IMG/VR virus record: IMGVR_UViG_3300044806_000237
Location: 1-48,844 of that record
DNA: 48,844 nucleotides
Strand: one strand, 5' to 3'
Source: a virus
Taxonomy: Duplodnaviria > Caudoviricetes
Shown: positions 38,583-47,235 of the stretch, piece after piece
How the letters are laid out: each line of letters opens with the position of its first letter
Numbering within the stretch: position 1 is the first letter of the stretch
The notes under the pieces: model-generated
Told to the model about the DNA's origin: nothing
The model's input: the letters and a program-made list of their open reading frames with translations, nothing else
Database searches by the model: none
Program-made: the position numbers and the translations under genes

Positions 38583-38774
38583 TCAACTCACCTGTTCCGT
38601 TTTCGCGATAGCACTCCGAATCGCCAACAACCCAGCAGCCGCCAGCCAACTCAAAATTTCCTGGCTCTGTTCAGGCGACAAATAGCCCATCGACTGCGCC
38701 GCCGCCGTCCCACCCATCGCCAAGGCCGTGATTATCGTTTTCTTGCCCTGAAGGAACTTCCAAACTTTCATCAT
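38583..38774 (-). CDS. Small two-TM holin-like protein
   Basis: MMKVWKFLQGKKTIITALAMGG...ILSWLAAAGLLAIRSAIAK; first gene of the late region. Confidence 0.55.
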   Translation of the reverse strand: MMKVWKFLQGKKTIITALAMGGTAAAQSMGYLSPEQSQEILSWLAAAGLLAIRSAIAKTEQVS

Positions 38775-39168
38775 TGCAACACCAGCCTTCAATCAGTCTT
38801 CAATCAACCTTGACCATGGAAACAAAAAGAGGCGACCGGCAACACACCGGCCGCCCTTTGCCCCATTCAACCAGAGAACCGCCGCAAATCATGCCAAGCG
38901 AATCGCAGATCGTCAACAGCATGTAGCGTGCATGTCACATAGTTTCACAAACTTCAGCCAAATGAATGTTGCATCATCGGGTTGAGCCGGGCCGCTCCAA
39001 GGCTTCGCAGGATCGTCGCAAACTACTGTACAAAATCAAAACCGTCGGAGCCTATTTCGTCCGAGGAAGAGGCTTCTCGGCGCGGAGTTTCGGCGACCGG
39101 ACAAATTTTAGAAATTTCCAAGCAAGATCCATGCCGGAATAAACTCCTACTGAACATATCCGCACTGA

Positions 39169-39480
39169 CACAGATTCAGTGTGCGCTGTTTTGTGTCGAG
39201 TTTGCCGGTAAAAGATCATTTTACTATTTTCAGAATGCCCAAAACCACAGATACACAGATGAAACCCTATATTAAATACCCTACAAAAAAATTCATTTGT
39301 ACACTACTTTTTACAGCCCATGTTGCATATTGCCCCCATTGTAATAAACCTCTGGTAGCTGAACTTAATAGCTATATAATCTGTGCTACTGTGACAGATT
39401 GTTGTAAGTGTATATATAGTAATAGGTTACGGAACCACAGATATGACACAGATCCTGCACAGATTAGGGTGGTATCTGTG
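39169..39480. repeat. Cluster of CACAGAT heptamers in an AT-rich divergence region (candidate origin/iterons or packaging site)
   Basis: Forward copies at 39169, 39246, 39254, 39436, 39447 and 39458; inverted at 39379 and 39474; variant at 39393. Confidence 0.55.
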
Positions 39481-39698
39481 GACATAATGGGCGAATTTGG
39501 AAATAGGTGGAATGTGGGGATAGTGGATTGCGATTCTCTGAAATGGTGTCATGTCGGTGGTAGTTTTGTGATTTATGTTACATGGATGTTGCAGGGATGA
39601 GTGATATATGTTATGGTTATTTGTGGTTGAGGGGTTTTTGGGAGTAGATTTTGGTGATTTTCTTGTGGTGATTTTTGGGAAGGAAATAGGTGTACAAG

Positions 39699-40106
39699 AT
39701 GAAGATTGAACAGGACTTGAGGATTGTGATTAAGGCCGCTGCGAATGCTTCGAAGAATCAAGACAAGTCAAAGACCGATCAGCAACTGATCGAAGAATGG
39801 ATGAAGAAGAATCCAGCGAAGGCGAAGTATGCATTGGCGTTGGTTAAGAGAGTCAACACCGCTAAGAGCTTGATAGAAAAAGTTGATGCTGATCTGAAGA
39901 AGAAGTTTGGGCTTGGAAGAAGCCATTGGCGAGGCGAAGGTTGTTTCACTATTGATAATGAAAAGGCATTCCAAGAGGCAGGCGGAAAGATCGCGACAAA
40001 GCTGCCGAAGTTTTCTGAGGATGAAGTAATTGCACAGTACGCAGCTGCGAAGACAAAAGCCGAAGCCAAGGCCGTCCTGAAGAAGTATGGGATTGTCTGG
40101 GAGTGA
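39699..40106 (+). CDS. Hypothetical basic protein
   Basis: Lys/Ala-rich ORF, first gene after the divergence region. Confidence 0.6.
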   Translation: MKIEQDLRIVIKAAANASKNQDKSKTDQQLIEEWMKKNPAKAKYALALVKRVNTAKSLIEKVDADLKKKFGLGRSHWRGEGCFTIDNEKAFQEAGGKIATKLPKFSEDEVIAQYAAAKTKAEAKAVLKKYGIVWE

Positions 40107-40157
40107 TCTTTGGTGTTCGTTTTACTGAAGACTGATCTTTCTTGGGAGTTGATTGAA

Positions 40158-41201
40158 ATGCTGAAAACTGAAACGCTGAAACTGAAACTGGAAGCCGGGA
40201 AGAAGTATGTTGATCGGTGTGGGCGGGTGTTTGGGCCGTTGGTTGCCATTGGCGTTGGGAGATACTTCGGAGAGCACTATTTATTCCCCATGTGGAACAA
40301 TGATGGCCGAGCTGAAACTTATCTGGTAGAGGATTGTCCATTTGACCTGGTTGCCGAGTATCGCGAGCCAGAGCCTGCTGAGGAATGTCCTATAGACCAA
40401 AGTCTATGCATCCTTGATGCCTGCTGCGGAAAATGCGACCGCTATACTGCGGAGCAAATCCAAATTGAACCTGCGGAGCCAACCATCGCTTCACTGCATC
40501 ATGACCGCGAAAAATGCTGCGGACCATTTGAGTCTTTCGAACCTGTTGAAGTTCAGGTTGAGATTGTCAATCAAGGTGAACCACAGAGAGGCCAGTTCTG
40601 GTCATACAGCGCCAATCGCAAATACTGCGTCTTCATAATCGGCAAGAATATCGATGGCCATTGGGTGAGTGTCGATCGACATGGCGAGTATGAGGTGTTC
40701 AATGGTCACAGAAATATGAGCTTTGAATACTGGCATCATGAGCCGGGATTCATGAATTTTGATGGTCCGATTCCTGCGGAGCAGGAGCAAAATGCTGAGG
40801 ATAATCCTAACAAATGGGTCACTCAGGATCGTGTAGCACCTCGCGACAACATCGACGAATACACTTGGATGAAAATTGGATTGAAACCAACTGAGGAAAA
40901 CTGGAGACGAGGGGAAGGAAACTTCAGTAATTGCTACAGGCATGGAACAAGACACTTCGATGAAGTTCTTCACGTCCGCTGCCGGCTGCGAGACCTCCCA
41001 CCTCTCCCGGCCGTCGAAGCTGCACCATCTATCAGCGATTGGGGACCGTTTTCAGCGTTTTCGCCGGATTCACTAACCGCTTCGCCAAAACAACAGCAGC
41101 CAACCAATCAGCAGTTGTTCGAAATGATCGCAAATCTTCGAGACCAGCTGCACGGAATGAATGAACGGCTGCGAATTGTCGAGCATGTTGCCGCTTGTTG
41201 A
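40158..41201 (+). CDS. Hypothetical multidomain phage protein
   Basis: MLKTETLKLKLEAGKKYVDRCG...DLVAEY N-terminal module. Confidence 0.6.
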   Translation: MLKTETLKLKLEAGKKYVDRCGRVFGPLVAIGVGRYFGEHYLFPMWNNDGRAETYLVEDCPFDLVAEYREPEPAEECPIDQSLCILDACCGKCDRYTAEQIQIEPAEPTIASLHHDREKCCGPFESFEPVEVQVEIVNQGEPQRGQFWSYSANRKYCVFIIGKNIDGHWVSVDRHGEYEVFNGHRNMSFEYWHHEPGFMNFDGPIPAEQEQNAEDNPNKWVTQDRVAPRDNIDEYTWMKIGLKPTEENWRRGEGNFSNCYRHGTRHFDEVLHVRCRLRDLPPLPAVEAAPSISDWGPFSAFSPDSLTASPKQQQPTNQQLFEMIANLRDQLHGMNERLRIVEHVAAC

Positions 41202-41278
41202 GCTTCCGTAGTCCATGTGACGTGCATGTTCCATTCAACAATTTTTGAATTTCAAATTCCAAACCAGAAAGCCCAAAA

Positions 41279-42607
41279 ATGACCACCTCAAACCAAGCTG
41301 AACTCAAAACTACAATCGAGCAAATCGACCCAGCAAAGCCATTCGAGGTCTCCACGCCCGAAACTGCAATGGCACTGTTTCAACCAGTCACCGAAGAACT
41401 CGGATTGACGACGATCCAGGAATACAAAAACCTGACTCTGGAAGTCAACGGCTTCGAGAAGGTGAAGGCGTGCCGAATCCTTGCGAAGAAAGCCCGCTGT
41501 GCTGTAACCAATCGGCAGAAGCAACTTACCGAGGGAGCCAAGGTTTATACGAACAACGTGAACAATGCCGCCAAGAAGATCATTGGGCTGATTGAACCCG
41601 TTGAGACTTACCTTGAAGGCGAGGAGGAGAAACATCAAAAAATTCTGGCTGAGCAGGAGAAGAAGGAGGCTGAGAAAAAGGCATTGGTTCTGCAGGATCG
41701 ATGCGACCGATTGGCAAAAGCTGGCTGCCAGGCCGGGAACTTGATTGCCCTTGGAAATATGACCGATGAATTGTTTGATTGGCATTTGAAGGATCAGGCT
41801 GAGAAGGAGGCTGCGAGGGTTGAGGCTGCCCGGGTGAAGGCTGAGGAGCAACAGCGAGAAGATGCCGAGAGGGTCGCAAGGATTGCCGCTGAGCAGGCTG
41901 AGCGAGAGGAGGCTGTCAGGAAGCGTCAGGAAGAATTGAGGGCTGAAGCTGCGAGGTTGGCTGCTGAGAATGAACGGTTGATAAAAATTGAGCCCGATGA
42001 ATCAGTTGTTGTGAAACGTGGTGGCCCTCCGTTTCCAGTGGTCGAAACCTATTCCTCACCGGCCGAAAATGAGGAGGATTTTGAGTTTGACTTGGAATTT
42101 GAAAGTCCATTCCCGCCGTCAAAGCAAAACGATGAAGAACTGATTGACAAACTTCCGCCGAGTTCAGGCAACGCCGCTTTGGAAACGTTTCAGGAAATCG
42201 AACAGAGAATCTATGGAATTCCGTCGGAATCTTCCTCTCCTACTCTCCGGCCGATTCCTGCGGAGTCAGTTCAGCAGGCAGAGCCACAACAGCCACACGC
42301 CAGAGACATTGAGAAGGAATGTTTCATTGAATCCAATTACAAGTGCATGTGCTGCGGAACAGGACTTGACGAAACAGAATACGGAGATCCGAAAGACGCC
42401 GACATTTGCGGCTATTGCTTCACTGACAGGATTAATGAGATTCGCGCGAGGAACCTGTCATTTGCACCGGGATTGAATGACTGTGGCATCAATCGCGAAA
42501 TTGCGATGATGGCGGATATTGAAATCAGGCTGGAGAAGGCTAAGGCTGAAAATGACGACAAGGCCGTTCAGATTTATCAGCGAATGTTGCGATTTCTTCG
42601 AGCGTAG
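41279..42607 (+). CDS. Coiled-coil protein (DUF1351-like N-terminus) with a C-terminal Zn finger
   Basis: Long E/A/R-rich coiled coil; CMCC...CGYC. Confidence 0.55.
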   Translation: MTTSNQAELKTTIEQIDPAKPFEVSTPETAMALFQPVTEELGLTTIQEYKNLTLEVNGFEKVKACRILAKKARCAVTNRQKQLTEGAKVYTNNVNNAAKKIIGLIEPVETYLEGEEEKHQKILAEQEKKEAEKKALVLQDRCDRLAKAGCQAGNLIALGNMTDELFDWHLKDQAEKEAARVEAARVKAEEQQREDAERVARIAAEQAEREEAVRKRQEELRAEAARLAAENERLIKIEPDESVVVKRGGPPFPVVETYSSPAENEEDFEFDLEFESPFPPSKQNDEELIDKLPPSSGNAALETFQEIEQRIYGIPSESSSPTLRPIPAESVQQAEPQQPHARDIEKECFIESNYKCMCCGTGLDETEYGDPKDADICGYCFTDRINEIRARNLSFAPGLNDCGINREIAMMADIEIRLEKAKAENDDKAVQIYQRMLRFLRA

Positions 42608-42617
42608 GAAATTGGAA

Positions 42618-43421
42618 TCATTCCTGACCATCACCATTCTCAACCATATCCCGATCCAACTTCTGCAACTCCAACTTCTTCCTGATCAAATCCAAAATCT
42701 TGTGCTTTCGCACATCACCGCCGGCCGGAACTTCCAGAACAACTCTGGTGTTTTGAGCCGGTTTCATTTTTTCAGCCCACTTCATTTCCGCATCCAGAAG
42801 GCTTTGAGCCAAAGCGAGATACGCAGGATTGCCTGTCGATTGAGTAATCTTGCGGCTTTTCAATCTCCCGGATGCATCGTAGGTACACTCAACTTTCGCC
42901 TGTTGCGAGCGAATCCAACCGAGATTTGCACAGGCTGCCAGATAACTGAGCTTTAATGGCAGGTAACGAGCCGCCCCCGAATACCAGCTGGCAATCGGGG
43001 AAGTCGACAGCGATTCAGGGTTGCCGCGAGAAGCTTCATCAGCAAATGGAATGAATTCGTCATTCGTCCGGATCAAAGATTCCGCGATTCGCTCCAGTTG
43101 TTCAGTAATTCGCGGATCTTCCATCGATCGGAAGTCTGCAGGAATTTTGAAATCGCTGATGTCTGGAGTTGGTTGCTTGTCGGGTTCTGGTTTCTTTTTT
43201 TTTCTTTTGTTCTTGTACTTTACCTTTGAACTGGCCTTTTCTGACTCCGATTTTCGTGGTCGACCGCGCCCCCTCTTTTCGGCCGACTGCGATTGCTGTT
43301 TCTTCTGTGGCTGAGGCTGAGGCTGAGGCTTCTCAACACCATAAACGCCAGCAGGACGGCCAACAGATTTCCCGTTGTTCCGTCCTGCGTGTTCGTTCTG
43401 GTTTTCGTTTGTGCCTGTCAT
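42618..43421 (-). CDS. Basic DNA-binding protein with an AT-hook; possible terminase small subunit
   Basis: KRGRGRPRK AT-hook, Lys-rich N-terminus, helical C-terminus; TerS assignment is speculative. Confidence 0.4.
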   Translation of the reverse strand: MTGTNENQNEHAGRNNGKSVGRPAGVYGVEKPQPQPQPQKKQQSQSAEKRGRGRPRKSESEKASSKVKYKNKRKKKKPEPDKQPTPDISDFKIPADFRSMEDPRITEQLERIAESLIRTNDEFIPFADEASRGNPESLSTSPIASWYSGAARYLPLKLSYLAACANLGWIRSQQAKVECTYDASGRLKSRKITQSTGNPAYLALAQSLLDAEMKWAEKMKPAQNTRVVLEVPAGGDVRKHKILDLIRKKLELQKLDRDMVENGDGQE

Positions 43422-43455
43422 CAGCCGCCAGCTTCAGTTCCAGAGTCGATCAGAA

Positions 43456-44714
43456 TCAGGATTCAGATTCTGATTCATTTGCTGGCTGAATGGTAGCATT
43501 TTTTCCAGATCGCATAGCCGCCAACTTTCGGCCGACCGCTTGACCCGTGATCGTGACGCCGGCAGTCTTCAGAGCCTGCATAGCTCGAGGAGTGTCTATA
43601 TCCGGGTTTGCTTCGAAGAGTTTTGCTAACAGATCATCTGGTGAGTCTGATGAATTTGAATCTTCGTCGTCGATGTCTGGAGTGTCAATTGGACCTGAGT
43701 CTGGTTGATTTTCATCGGCCGGAGAGGAGAGGATTTTCGGCGCGGATGGATCTCCATCCTCGTTACCACCATCATCAATCATCAACTCACCAGAACCACC
43801 GGAGGTGTCATCATCGCCGATCATCGACTGGCGGTAAACCTGATCGTCGGCCGCCCCCTCTACTTGTGCCTTTTGGTACAAATCCTCTTTCGATAGTGCC
43901 TGGATCTTCAAACGGTCGGCGACCGCTCGAACTTCTTCTTCAGAGACTCTCTTCACGCGGGCAATCACGGAAACAAACTGCCCTTGCCGGAGTAGCTCTT
44001 CGATGGTCGCAGGATCTTCCGGGCTGTCCTGAATCTTGCCCTGGGATTTCAGGTGCTGGCGGATTCGCTGGAGAGCCGAACCGGAGCTTTCAACGATGTC
44101 CTTCCGCTGCTTTTCGTTTTCATCTTCCGGATGCCAGTCAGCAGGCACAACAGAGCCGGGCTCACGAGCTTCCTTTTCGATTAGGAATTGATCCACGTTG
44201 CCATTGGTGAAGAACGGACCCTTCCAGATATGGTCCTCGCCAGTTTTGTCGAGCCAGCCGTAATCACGGGCAATATAGAGCCACTTCCGGCCGCTTTCGT
44301 TTTTGTACTCTTCGAGGAGTTCTTTCACCGGACGAAGAAAGCGATGTTTGGACACACTGGAGTTCTTCAACTGAGATTCCAAGGACTCAAAGAGCGACCA
44401 AAACGTAGGACCGGGAATGCCTGTCTTCTGGTCAAGTCCCTCGCCGCTGGCGATAATGTGGCCCCAAGCATCGGCAAGCCGGACGCACGCGGTATGGATC
44501 TTGATGCATGATGCTGGAACGTCACCGTTGAGAGCGATGTTCAAGGCCGCTGAAATGGCGTTTTCGAGCCAATCAGGGAAGAACCGATCTTCGGAGAGTG
44601 ACCATTTTCGTTTTGCGTCCACCATGGTTTTCAGGGCGGATTTGATTTCTGTTTCGCGGTTTGGTTGCTGCGATGCAACGGCCGAAGAGGGAGGGGATAG
44701 TGTGCCAGCTGACA
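43456..44714 (-). CDS. Hypothetical protein
   Basis: About 420 aa with HTH-like helical segments and an acidic linker. Confidence 0.55.
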
Positions 44715-44901
44715 TTGATTTTGCTCCAGAGTTCTGAAATGGGAAAAATCCACCTGGCAATAGACAGAGCAGTGATGCCCGTTGCTGGTGGTCTATGACT
44801 AATGGTAATGGAGGGCCGCTTCAGACCGGCACTTATGTTGGTCACTGCCGCAAAGATTTAGAGTCTCAGCGAAGCCGTTTAATTCCTCGATCGCTCACCA
44901 G

Positions 44902-44922
44902 AAGTAGCACATAAGTAGCACA
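44902..44922. repeat. Tandem 10-bp direct repeat AAGTAGCACA (arm-type integrase site candidate)
   Basis: 44902-44911 and 44913-44922, about 50 bp from the tRNA fragment. Confidence 0.55.
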
Positions 44923-44969
44923 GAACAACGCAAATTGCAATAACACTGCCAAAACACGCCAAACCCACT

Positions 44970-45014
44970 GACTCTTAATCCGTAGGTCGAAGGTTCGAGT
45001 CCTTCTGGGAGCAC
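44970..45014 (+). other. attP-like core: 3' half of tRNA-Lys(CTT)
   Basis: GA-CTCTTAA-TCCGT AGGTC GAAGG-TTCGAGT-CCTTC TGGGAGCAC; the 5' half (acceptor and D-arm) is absent. Confidence 0.75.
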
Positions 45015-45018
45015 ATCG

Positions 45019-45056
45019 AAAAGACTGGTAAATCGCAAGGTTTGCCAGTCTTTTTT
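45019..45056 (+). terminator. Intrinsic terminator after the tRNA 3' fragment
   Basis: AAAAGACTGGTAAATC-GCAA-GGTTTGCCAGTCTTTTTT hairpin. Confidence 0.8.
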
Positions 45057-45268
45057 CATGCGCGGACCGGTTTTCTGGCTGTTTCCGCTATGTGATATCA
45101 TGCAACAGTTTATTTCTTAAATGTTACTTTTGCAACGCAAAATCTTTTGGTGAAACAACTTGTATCCATTGCGTTTTTATTTTGTAATTTCTATGTTACA
45201 TGCAGTTGACAACCATCGCACAAGATGCGTACACTTTCATTCATGTTGATTTAAGGAGATAACGATAG

Positions 45269-45553
45269 ATGAAGACAAGTCAGACGGGTAATCCAAGTGG
45301 CAAAAAGGAAAAGTGCCTGGTCCCTGACTGCCAAGGAATCGGGACTCGGCGAGGTCTCTGCAGTTCATGCAGAAATTCTGCTGACCGAGAGATTGAATCC
45401 GGACGGACGACCGAGGTTGAATTGATTGAGCAGGGCTTGCTGAACCCAAAGGGTAAAAAGGCCAGGCTCAGGATTGAACTGGAAGCACGACGAAAAACAA
45501 AGAAGCGAGGTAAAAATGTCGAAGACTTCGAACTCGACGATGATGATAGCTGA
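45269..45553 (+). CDS. Small Zn-finger protein
   Basis: CLVPDC...RRGLCSSC; GGAG-type RBS upstream. Confidence 0.55.
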   Translation: MKTSQTGNPSGKKEKCLVPDCQGIGTRRGLCSSCRNSADREIESGRTTEVELIEQGLLNPKGKKARLRIELEARRKTKKRGKNVEDFELDDDDS

Positions 45554-45755
45554 ATCTGAACGTGAATCTGAATTACTGACTCCACGGGAAGTTGCCGAGA
45601 AATTGAAGGTCACAGTTCAGTGCTTGAATCAATGGCGATCGGCGAGGAAGGGACCGCCATTCAAGAAGGTTGTTGGCAAGATCAGATACAAGTCTGATGA
45701 GCTTCAACAGTGGATTGATGGTCAGGCTGTTGAGACTGATCTGAAGTTGGTTTGA
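45540..45755 (+). CDS. Excisionase-like/MerR-type HTH DNA-binding protein
   Basis: LLTPREVAEKLKVTVQCLNQWRSARKGPPFKKV..IRY..ELQQWI is an HTH_17 signature. Confidence 0.8.
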   Translation: MMIAESERESELLTPREVAEKLKVTVQCLNQWRSARKGPPFKKVVGKIRYKSDELQQWIDGQAVETDLKLV

Positions 45756-45794
45756 TGGTGTTGATTCTGTTTCTCTACTGGCTGGAGTTGAATA

Positions 45795-46055
45795 ATGGTC
45801 ATCTGGAAGTTCACGTTAGAACTCACCGACATTCAGAAATTGACAATTACTGAAGGCGCTCAAATTCTGAGCGTAGCAAATCAAAATGGAAATCTATGCC
45901 TTTGGGTGATGCTTGTTCCGCATCTTCGGAAGGTGAAGCGAACAATCGAAATCATTGGAACTGGAAATCCAATTGAGGAAGGGATTGAAAGGAAGTTCAT
46001 CGGAACTGCCGTTATTAATCCATTTGTGTGGCATGTGTTCGAGCGTCTGGAATAG
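45795..46055 (+). CDS. Conserved small phage protein
   Basis: IWKF.L..GAQILSV..Q..LCLW..IIGTG..FIGT..FVWHVFE pattern common in phages. Confidence 0.65.
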   Translation: MVIWKFTLELTDIQKLTITEGAQILSVANQNGNLCLWVMLVPHLRKVKRTIEIIGTGNPIEEGIERKFIGTAVINPFVWHVFERLE

Positions 46056-46136
46056 CCAGACATCGATTTGATGGTGTTTATTCTGTTGATTCTGTTTCTA
46101 TTCATGTGATTTTTGAAACCTGAAAGGCTGGCTGCC

Positions 46137-47141
46137 ATGCCCTTAAACGAACTGGGTGACTTTGATCTGGATGACGCGATTGATTTTGATGCTTTTGATA
46201 TTGATCTTGAGGCTGTTGCTACCACGGTTCGGCCGGAGGCGGTAATCACTGCCAAGGCCAATATCAATGAATTGGCAAGAGAAGTTGCACAGGCAACAGC
46301 AAATCCCTCCCTCTCTTCGGCCGGTGGAAGTGTCCTCTACTGCGATATCGAAACAATCCCGGACTACGACCGCCAACACTTGTTCGGACTTCCGCCGCTC
46401 CCAGTTGTTCCGGCTGAACAGTCAGTTGGTGAACTTCTCGCCCCTGCTGAATTCTTGTCTCAGACAGCAAAGGAAATTGAGACTTGGCTGAACAAGAACA
46501 ATCCTTGCGAAGAGTGGCTACAGCAATGCGAAGCCTGTGAACGTGCCACGTCCGGGAGAAGTGGCAACCGGAAAGCAATCTTCGATCTGTTGCTGAAGGC
46601 GCGATCTGGAAAGGATGCAGTTGGTGACGCCCTGCGGAGCAATCGGAAGAAAATGTCAGTTACTCCGGAAATGGCTCAGATTGTGGCCATGGGGTTGGCA
46701 ATTGATGATGCTCAGGTTGTACCAATGGTGGTAGGAATTGACGGTTTTACGGAGAAAAGCATTCTCGAAACATTCTGGTCTGCAGCAAAACGAGCCCAGC
46801 ACATCTGCGGATTCAACATCGCAGGATTCGACCTGCCGACGATCTTCTTCCGCTCCATCATGTTGGGAATTCCAGCCAGCCGCATGATTGACTTGAGTCC
46901 ATACAAAGATCAGGTCATCGACTTGATGGTTTGCCGATTCGGACGAACAGGCGAACGCGGAATGGGCCTAAAAAACGTCTGCAAACTTTGTGACATACAA
47001 GTTCCATGCGAAGGCGTTGACGGTTCTCAGGTTGAAGAATTGCACCGCACAAATCCTGTGCTGGTCGGCCAGTACGTTGCCAGTGACGTGATTGTCACAA
47101 GGAAGTTGCATCGACTTTACTCAGGATTTTTCTGCGTTTAG
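46137..47141 (+). CDS. 3'-5' exonuclease (DEDD, PolB-exo-like)
   Basis: ExoI YCDIET, ExoII GFNIAGFDLP, ExoIII YVASDV. Confidence 0.8.
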   Translation: MPLNELGDFDLDDAIDFDAFDIDLEAVATTVRPEAVITAKANINELAREVAQATANPSLSSAGGSVLYCDIETIPDYDRQHLFGLPPLPVVPAEQSVGELLAPAEFLSQTAKEIETWLNKNNPCEEWLQQCEACERATSGRSGNRKAIFDLLLKARSGKDAVGDALRSNRKKMSVTPEMAQIVAMGLAIDDAQVVPMVVGIDGFTEKSILETFWSAAKRAQHICGFNIAGFDLPTIFFRSIMLGIPASRMIDLSPYKDQVIDLMVCRFGRTGERGMGLKNVCKLCDIQVPCEGVDGSQVEELHRTNPVLVGQYVASDVIVTRKLHRLYSGFFCV

Positions 47142-47235
47142 CCTGTAGATCACTGCAGATAGTGAAAACCCTCTCTTTCCGGCCGTTGTGATTGGCCGTT
47201 ACAAATTTTTCCAATTTTTCTGAAAGTTTTTAGTC

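Noticed and set aside
38982-39600. ORFs 38982-39275 and 39181-39600
   Set aside because: Lie in the AT-rich repeat region, have non-ATG starts and atypical composition; likely spurious
44940-45014. Complete tRNA-Lys gene
   Set aside because: Upstream sequence cannot form a D-arm or pair with the 3' acceptor strand; only the 3' half is present
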